This document shows positions 26,247 through 32,000 of a DNA stretch of 32,000 nt, in pieces. Source of the DNA: Staphylothermus marinus F1. Lineage in GTDB: Archaea > Thermoproteota > Thermoprotei_A > Sulfolobales > Desulfurococcaceae. Position numbers and translations under genes: made by a program. Numbering within the stretch: the first letter of the stretch is position 1; every line of letters starts with the position of its first letter. The notes under the pieces were generated by a model. That model saw nothing but the letters and a program-made list of their open reading frames with translations. It had not been told where the DNA came from and searched no databases. The stretch lies in the NCBI RefSeq assembly GCF_000015945.1, contig NC_009033.1, forward strand, positions 1,538,486-1,570,485, in the 5' to 3' direction.

Positions 26247-27317
26247 TTGGTGTTTGGGGTTATTGTTGATGGTCGTAGTTTTTATACTGCGGTGCTTAGT
26301 GTGGTTGTTGTGATGATTGTTTCGGGTATTGTTTCTCCTCATATTAGTATTAAGGTTTTGGAGGCTAATGGTTTATTGTGGGTTTCTCTTTTAACGCTTG
26401 GTTTTATGTCTGCTAGAGCTTTTTCATCGATACTTCACGCTGAACTATATGAGTTATTATCTGCTAGGGTTACGGGTTCCATTGGTTTAGGGTTTATTTT
26501 ATTATCATATATATTATATAGTATTTCTCCACCCATACTATACCCTGCGATTAAGCTTCTCGAGGGTTTTTCTGCGGGTCTTTTCTGGCCTTTGATGCAG
26601 ACGCTTCTTGTTGTTGGTGTGGATAAGAATTGGCGTAGTAGGTGGTTGAGCATATATTTTCTAGTGGGAAATATTTCTGGATATGCTGGATACCAGATTG
26701 GATCATTGATTATACAGTTTTGGGGTTCTGATAAAATTCTCTATACAGGGATAATTATTGGTTTAATCTACCTATTACTATACATTATTATTTCTCCCTC
26801 AACCAGATACTCTGTTGAGAAGCGTGGAAAAATTAGTTTCAAGACTATATTATGGGAGACTAGAAGAATACCAGCATTAATACCCTTGGTTTTCCTAGTT
26901 GGGGGAGTTAATGGTTTGTTGAAGGATTACTTATTCGCATATGCTAAAGTGTTGACAGGATATAGTGAAGCAGTCCTCAGAAATTATTGGAGCATTGCAG
27001 GATATATAGGATTAACACTCAGCATACTATTTTCACACATGCTTGAAGCACAGGGGCATACAAAAACAGTACTTGTTATATCAATTACAGCTATTCTCTC
27101 AGTAATAATTCTACCTATAACAACCAACCCTGTAATAGTATTCACAATAATAACACTATGCATTATAGGAACAAGAACTCTTAGACCCATACTTAGAGGA
27201 TTAGCAAGTAATAAAACATCTAAACCAGAAATAGGAATAGCGTTAATTAATAGTTTAGCAAATATTTCAGCAGGAATAACACCGTTCTTAATAGCATTAG
27301 TCTCGATCATCATATAA
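26247..27317 (+). CDS. MFS-like polytopic transporter
   Basis: 356-aa ORF with about 10 hydrophobic helices. LEGFSAGLFWPLMQTLL is an MFS-like loop/helix pattern. Start is TTG 26247 or GTG 26250, after GGTGGTGGG. Confidence 0.55.
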   Translation: MVFGVIVDGRSFYTAVLSVVVVMIVSGIVSPHISIKVLEANGLLWVSLLTLGFMSARAFSSILHAELYELLSARVTGSIGLGFILLSYILYSISPPILYPAIKLLEGFSAGLFWPLMQTLLVVGVDKNWRSRWLSIYFLVGNISGYAGYQIGSLIIQFWGSDKILYTGIIIGLIYLLLYIIISPSTRYSVEKRGKISFKTILWETRRIPALIPLVFLVGGVNGLLKDYLFAYAKVLTGYSEAVLRNYWSIAGYIGLTLSILFSHMLEAQGHTKTVLVISITAILSVIILPITTNPVIVFTIITLCIIGTRTLRPILRGLASNKTSKPEIGIALINSLANISAGITPFLIALVSIII

Positions 27318-27401
27318 TAATTCTAGTTAGACTATAAACGTGTATAGTTGCTGGATTGAAAAATACGTTATATTTATAGGTAAAGCGGCGGCAACTATGC
27401 T

Positions 27402-28232
27402 TTATTGTTCAAGAAGTTTAACAGCTTCCTCAGGCGTCTTATCTTCATGAACAACTGCTTTTACAGCTTTAATCATTGCTTTCGGGTTTTTGTGTTGGAA
27501 AATATTTCTCCCAACAACTACTCCTTTACCACCAGCTTGTATAACGTTCCATACATCCCTTAGAAAATCAATTTCCTTCTCCCTACGTGGACCACCACTC
27601 ATAAGAACTGGTATACCGCTTGCTGCTCTTACTACTTCTCGAAATGTTTCTAGATTGCCAGTATAATATGTTTTTATTAGATCAGCACCTGATTCTGCAG
27701 CTGCTCTCGCACCATAACGTACTATTTCTACATCGTATCTATTCGCTATAGCTGGTCCGCGGGGATATGCTAGTTGTAAACATGGTAAACCATATGTTTC
27801 AGCAGACTCTCTTATAGTAAACCATCTCTGAAGCATGAGGTCTTCGTATTGGCTACCCCAATAAACAGTTGCTGCTACAGCATCTGCTCCCAACGCTACA
27901 GCATCTTCTACATAGCCGAAGGGTGATTGGAGGAGTCTTTCATCTTTGGGTCTAAGATTAGTTTTACTCGTAACCTTTACTATCAATGCAGTCTTGTTTC
28001 CCCAAATATCCCATGTTATACGAGCAATACCAGGCAACATCATGATCGCGTCAACCCCTGCATCCACGACTTTTTCAAGTATAACTCGTGGGTTAACGTG
28101 TTCAGGCGGAAAATCGCTTGGACCATGCTCTACTCCGTGGTCAAATGCGAATACAACTGCTCTATCATTTCTAAGGATTCTGCTAAGCCTAATCCTCTTC
28201 CCTACCTCGTTGTAAGTTGGAGAATAACTCAT
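27402..28232 (-). CDS. fba: archaeal-type class I fructose-bisphosphate aldolase (DhnA/FbaB family)
   Basis: [34 protein letters not shown] and VVVGRNIFQ follow the class IA aldolase pattern. A related ADH-synthase function cannot be excluded. Confidence 0.7.
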   Translation of the reverse strand: MSYSPTYNEVGKRIRLSRILRNDRAVVFAFDHGVEHGPSDFPPEHVNPRVILEKVVDAGVDAIMMLPGIARITWDIWGNKTALIVKVTSKTNLRPKDERLLQSPFGYVEDAVALGADAVAATVYWGSQYEDLMLQRWFTIRESAETYGLPCLQLAYPRGPAIANRYDVEIVRYGARAAAESGADLIKTYYTGNLETFREVVRAASGIPVLMSGGPRREKEIDFLRDVWNVIQAGGKGVVVGRNIFQHKNPKAMIKAVKAVVHEDKTPEEAVKLLEQ

Positions 28233-28320
28233 GCTTTACACCCTGCCATAAAATATTTCTTCACACATAACTATTGTTGTCCAGAGTAAAAAGCATATTA
28301 CTTTTAAGCTATGTGCCCCA

Positions 28321-29139
28321 TTAGATCCATTTCTTGATCTTAAAATATAATAGTTCTCCAACAGCTATAATTCCCATGACTGCAAGAGTTGTATAGTATC
28401 CTAGTGGATGATATAGTTCCGGCATATATTTGAAGTTCATACCATAAATTCCCGTTATAAGTGTTAATGGCAGAAATATTGCTGATATAACTGTTAACTT
28501 TGTCACAACCTTATTGGTTTTTTCACCTATAAGCGTATAGTACATGTTAAATGCTTGTGTAACACGATCTATTGAAGTACTATACATGTTTTCAAGCATT
28601 ATGGCTTCATCCGTTAATTCTTTTAGCTCACTATATATTCTGCTGAGTTTTTGTAGGGAATAAATTAATCCGTGAACTCCTCGGTGAAGCTTAGATAACT
28701 TGTTATAGATCCTTATAATTGGATCATAGACGGGCTTCCCCTTCATAACGTTATCAATAATTTTTTCTATCTCTTGATCGCTTCTAGATAATTCTTCGTG
28801 GTAGTAGCTCATAATAGTTCTATACATTGCATATAGGATCGAGTAAACATTTAGCTCTCCAAGCTTCGGCAATATACTTGCTATTTCCTCTACTAGCTCC
28901 TTCAAGTACTTGCTAGAATAGCTTCGAATACTTTCTCCATCTATTATTAAACATAATCTTCGAAGACCATTATTATAAGCGATGGGAAAAACTAGTTTAA
29001 TAGGGGTTCGGGCTTCGAAGACGAAGTATTTTTGACACTCTTGCGGAAGAGTAAATTTGTGAACCCATATAGAATCCTTACACTTACTAGTTATTTCTCC
29101 ATTCTTATCAATACATAGTTCTTTAAGCGTATTAGTCAA
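28321..29139 (-). CDS. corA: CorA-family Mg2+/Co2+ transporter
   Basis: The GMN motif sits in LTLITGIYGMNFKYMPEL between two C-terminal TM helices. TTG start, N-terminal boundary uncertain. Confidence 0.75.
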   Translation of the reverse strand: MTNTLKELCIDKNGEITSKCKDSIWVHKFTLPQECQKYFVFEARTPIKLVFPIAYNNGLRRLCLIIDGESIRSYSSKYLKELVEEIASILPKLGELNVYSILYAMYRTIMSYYHEELSRSDQEIEKIIDNVMKGKPVYDPIIRIYNKLSKLHRGVHGLIYSLQKLSRIYSELKELTDEAIMLENMYSTSIDRVTQAFNMYYTLIGEKTNKVVTKLTVISAIFLPLTLITGIYGMNFKYMPELYHPLGYYTTLAVMGIIAVGELLYFKIKKWI

Positions 29140-29262
29140 AACGAATACACCTATGCATGCGTATATGTTTTGGATAAAAATGTTTTCATAAATAGTTTAT
29201 GTTTAGCACGAGTTTAATATGGTTCTCTAAATAGCTTGATTCTGTTTTGGAAAAAAGTTTTG

Positions 29263-30756
29263 TTATGATAGATATTTTTCTTCTATGTGTTTGATAAAGT
29301 ATTTTGGCTCATATTCTTCTCCGAATGCTTTCCTCAATAGATCTTTTGGTGCATATGTTGCTCCCCATTTATGTATTTTTTCTCTTTGCCACTCCTCTAT
29401 TTCTTGGAACTCTTTATTTAGGATCTTTTCTGGAATGTTTATTTCGTTCAGCATATGGTACTTCATTTGTGCGGCTACAAGATTTCCGAGTGTATATGTT
29501 GGGAAGTACCCTATTGATCCCATGCTCCAATGTATGTCTTGTAGTACTCCTTCAGCATAGTTTCTCGGCTTAACACCTAGGAGTTCCTCTATTGTATTAT
29601 TCCAGATTTCTGGTACATCATCCACTTTTATTTCTCCGCTTATTAGTTGTTTCTCTATTTTTGCTCTTAGAAGTATGTGTAGATTATATGTTACCTCGTC
29701 GGCTTCAGTTCTTATAAGGCTTGGTCTTACAGTGTTGAAGTAGTAATAGATGTCTTCAGGTGTGTATTTTTCGATGAAGTCTAAGTGTTCTTTTAGGATA
29801 GGATAGATTACCTCTACGAATTCCTTGCTTCTACCAATTATGTTTTCCCAGAAACGAGATTGTCCCTCATGTATTCCTAGGCTAACACCGTGCCCTATAG
29901 GTGTTGCCATTAGTTTCTCATCTATTTGTAGCTCGTATAGTGCGTGGCCGAATTCGTGGACAACGCTTAGAAGTGATCGTTTGAAATCGTATCCTTCATA
30001 CCTAGTAGTTATTCTTACATCAAATAATCCCATGCTCTGTGTGAATGGATGTGCTGAAACATCTATTCTCGAACGCTTACCCAGTGGGAATCCGAAGAGT
30101 TCTAGTGTTTTAAGATTAATCTTTTCCATATCTTCTCTACGATACTTCATTTTCTCTAATAGATGCTCCCTGGGATACTTGCCCTCGCTCAATACTTTGT
30201 CAAGAACCCTCTTAATCTCTTTTTCTAAATAACCAAGTATTCTATCAACATCCTTAGTCCTCAACCCTTCCTCGTATAAGTCTAGTAATGCATCATATGG
30301 GTGCTCCTCCCATCCTAGATAATCAGCTGTTTTACGTGCTAGATCAACTATTTTCTCTAGATAAGGCTTAAACTTATCGAAATCATTTTGTTGCTTAGCT
30401 TCTCTCCAAACAACAACCGCCTCTTGCGTAACCCTACTATACTCTGCTACTAGCCAGGGTGGTAGAGCTTTAGCTATACGTATCCTTCTCTGAAGAACAC
30501 GTACAACACCTTTCTCATAATCATTTAAATCCTCTATTTGAGAAGCTTTATCCACTAATTCAACGAATTCAGGTCTAAGTATTAGTTGTTGGCTGAGAAC
30601 ACTTAGTTCTGACTGAGCAATAGCTCTCTCCTTAACCCCCTCTCTAGGCATATAGGTTTCAGCATCCCATCCCATAAGGGATTGAGCATGACCAATAGCC
30701 CATATTACACGATACTTATTGATAATATCCTTGATAACCTGGTTCTCGAACACCAT
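29263..30756 (-). CDS. M32 (Taq-type) metallocarboxypeptidase
   Basis: HPFTQS, HEFGHALY (HEXXH), HEGQSRFWEN, IRTEADEVTY and GVLQDIHWS are the M32 motif set. ATG 30756 follows GGTGGTAGG and is preferred over TTG 30798. Confidence 0.85.
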   Translation of the reverse strand: MVFENQVIKDIINKYRVIWAIGHAQSLMGWDAETYMPREGVKERAIAQSELSVLSQQLILRPEFVELVDKASQIEDLNDYEKGVVRVLQRRIRIAKALPPWLVAEYSRVTQEAVVVWREAKQQNDFDKFKPYLEKIVDLARKTADYLGWEEHPYDALLDLYEEGLRTKDVDRILGYLEKEIKRVLDKVLSEGKYPREHLLEKMKYRREDMEKINLKTLELFGFPLGKRSRIDVSAHPFTQSMGLFDVRITTRYEGYDFKRSLLSVVHEFGHALYELQIDEKLMATPIGHGVSLGIHEGQSRFWENIIGRSKEFVEVIYPILKEHLDFIEKYTPEDIYYYFNTVRPSLIRTEADEVTYNLHILLRAKIEKQLISGEIKVDDVPEIWNNTIEELLGVKPRNYAEGVLQDIHWSMGSIGYFPTYTLGNLVAAQMKYHMLNEINIPEKILNKEFQEIEEWQREKIHKWGATYAPKDLLRKAFGEEYEPKYFIKHIEEKYLS

Positions 30757-30970
30757 ACCTACCACCATAAACAAACAAATAATCCTATTCAAAAACAACT
30801 TATCTCAAACAAAAAATAAAAACATTCAAACATTCTAATAAGGACCATATTAAGAATTCCCAGTAAAGAACAAAACTTATCTTAATTCTGAACTAATACT
30901 TTTCCAAGAAAATTTTCTCGATCAAAATATTACAACTATTATAGCTGTACAAGTAAATCTTACGTTATCC

Positions 30971-30991
30971 GTAATACATGTTGTAATACAT
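30971..30991. promoter_or_regulatory. tandem GTAATACAT x2 upstream of the vapB remnant (candidate operator)
   Basis: GTAATACAT occurs at 30971-30979 and again at 30983-30991, a 12-nt period. The second copy ends 10 nt before the vapB-like ATG. Confidence 0.25.
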
Positions 30992-31001
30992 AGTGTATGA
31001 T

Positions 31002-31195
31002 ATGGATTCAACAATAATATCCATAAGAATACCTAGAGAACCCAAAGGAAAAATGAAGAAAACCAATATCAACTGGAGCGATGAAATAAGAAAATTTATC
31101 GAGAAAAGATCAGAAACTATGAATTATTAGAAGCCTTTGAAGAAATAAGTTCGAGGGCTAAGAGGAGGAGAGTTAGAGTTGATTCTAGAGAGTAG
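31002..31195 (+). pseudogene. vapB: vapB-like antitoxin, frameshifted
   Basis: MDSTIISIRIPREPKGKMKKTNINWSDEIRKFIEK... stops at 31128-31130. The expected continuation (E)KIRNYELLEAFEEISSRAKRRRVRVDSRE* is open in another frame. The shift maps to the A-run at 31104-31107. Confidence 0.55.
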
Positions 31196-31611
31196 ATAAT
31201 TGTTTTAGATTCTTCCTTCATAGTAAACTAGTTATTGAGGAGGAAAGCTGTGAAACTGCTAGAGAATTATTCAGGGAATTTGTTGAGAAAGAAGAGGATA
31301 TAGCTACAGTAGATATTGCATTATATGAAACACTTAATGCTCTATGGAAACACCATGTTTTGCTAAAAGATCTATCATTTAATGCTTTCAAAGAATCTTC
31401 TAAAGACCTACTAATACTATGGAGTAAATTCGTAGTTGTATCTTAAACCGAGATTATTGATCAATCTCTAGAAATAACAGTTGAGGGAAAAATAACCATA
31501 TATGATTCCCTCTACTTAGCCCTAGCTAGGCAGTATAGTGCATGTTTAGCAAGTTTTGACAGCAAACAACGTGCTATAGCTATTGGTATAGGAGTAGAAA
31601 CATGTCCATAG
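31196..31611 (+). pseudogene. vapC: vapC-like PIN-domain toxin, decayed
   Basis: PIN pattern: IIVLDSSFIV ... ALYETLNALW ... ITIYDSLYLALA ... ASFDSKQ. It has ATA in place of a start codon, a frameshift at the A-run 31225-31227, and an in-frame TAA at 31444-31446. Confidence 0.6.
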
Positions 31612-31787
31612 TCAAGGAGTAAACATTGCTTGGTTTAACAATAATAGACAGTATTTTTTTAGACGATAAGGAGATTATATGCTTATATTTATTAAGAGTT
31701 GTTTTATAGAAGTTCTAGTTAGCTATAAAACATATTGTTTAGGTTCGATATTTAATCTTACAATGTTGGTTTTTGGAGGCAGTGAAT

Positions 31788-31994
31788 ATGCTAGTTATTA
31801 TTAGGCTTGTTGACGGATCTAAGGAGTGGAGAATAGAAGTACCGGAAGGCTCTAGTGTGAGAGATGTTCTCGCCAGTATTGGTTTGATTAGTAATGAATA
31901 TGTTGTCGTGAGGAATGGTGTTGTGATTTCTGAGGATGAAGAGGTTAGGGATGGAGATATACTTATTCTTTACCCAGTTGTTTCTGGAGGTTAA
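31788..31994 (+). CDS. MoaD/ThiS-family ubiquitin-like sulfur carrier (C-terminal GG)
   Basis: 68-aa beta-grasp-like ORF ending ...YPVVSGG*. ATG 31788 lies 8 nt after GGAGG (31775-31779). The track start at TTG 31773 is less likely. Confidence 0.65.
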   Translation: MLVIIRLVDGSKEWRIEVPEGSSVRDVLASIGLISNEYVVVRNGVVISEDEEVRDGDILILYPVVSGG

Positions 31995-32000
31995 TAAAAT

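Noticed and set aside
27344-27398. Inverted repeat ATAGTTGC ... GCAACTAT between the convergent MFS-like and aldolase genes
   Set aside because: The arms are only 8 bp with a 39-nt loop in AT-rich DNA. It is plausible as a chance occurrence or a weak bidirectional terminator, and was not pursued.

Overview
This is an AT-rich archaeal chromosomal segment. Gene content, frequent TTG/GTG starts behind GGTG-type motifs, and a CRISPR repeat whose transcribed sense ends in ATTGAAAG suggest a hyperthermophilic crenarchaeon, possibly Desulfurococcales-like. That is inference; no search could be run, and all product calls rest on motifs I recognise by eye. I count about 28 credible CDSs, mostly housekeeping. 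They include a sugar-isomerase-like/ThiL-like pair, a PTP-family phosphatase, feoAB, a GAPOR-like tungstopterin oxidoreductase and a DHPS-like/DUF4346-like protein. They also include a gingipain-like membrane protein, a large internally duplicated Thr-rich surface glycoprotein, argS, a class III aminotransferase, an MFS-like transporter, archaeal class I FBP aldolase, corA and an M32 carboxypeptidase. Pterin-cofactor genes are scattered through the window: moaA, moaC, moeA with a DUF364-like gene, and a MoaD/ThiS-like gene. Two short CRISPR arrays (8 and 5 repeats, same 25-bp repeat) lie 10,074 bp apart. Each has a near-identical 159-bp leader at its high-coordinate end, and no recognisable cas gene occurs anywhere in the 32 kb. 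Array 1 is wedged between moaA and moaC. Array 2 abuts a decayed TnpB-like fragment. Accessory material is limited to a small islet downstream of argS (nucleotidyltransferase TA-like pair plus a multi-HTH protein) and a decayed vapBC pair. The most unusual signals are compositional: strongly C-depleted G+T tracts just beyond both leaders, and an apparent 5'-to-3' shift within genes from G/T-ending to A/C-ending codons. I did not find a clear new multi-gene defence system.
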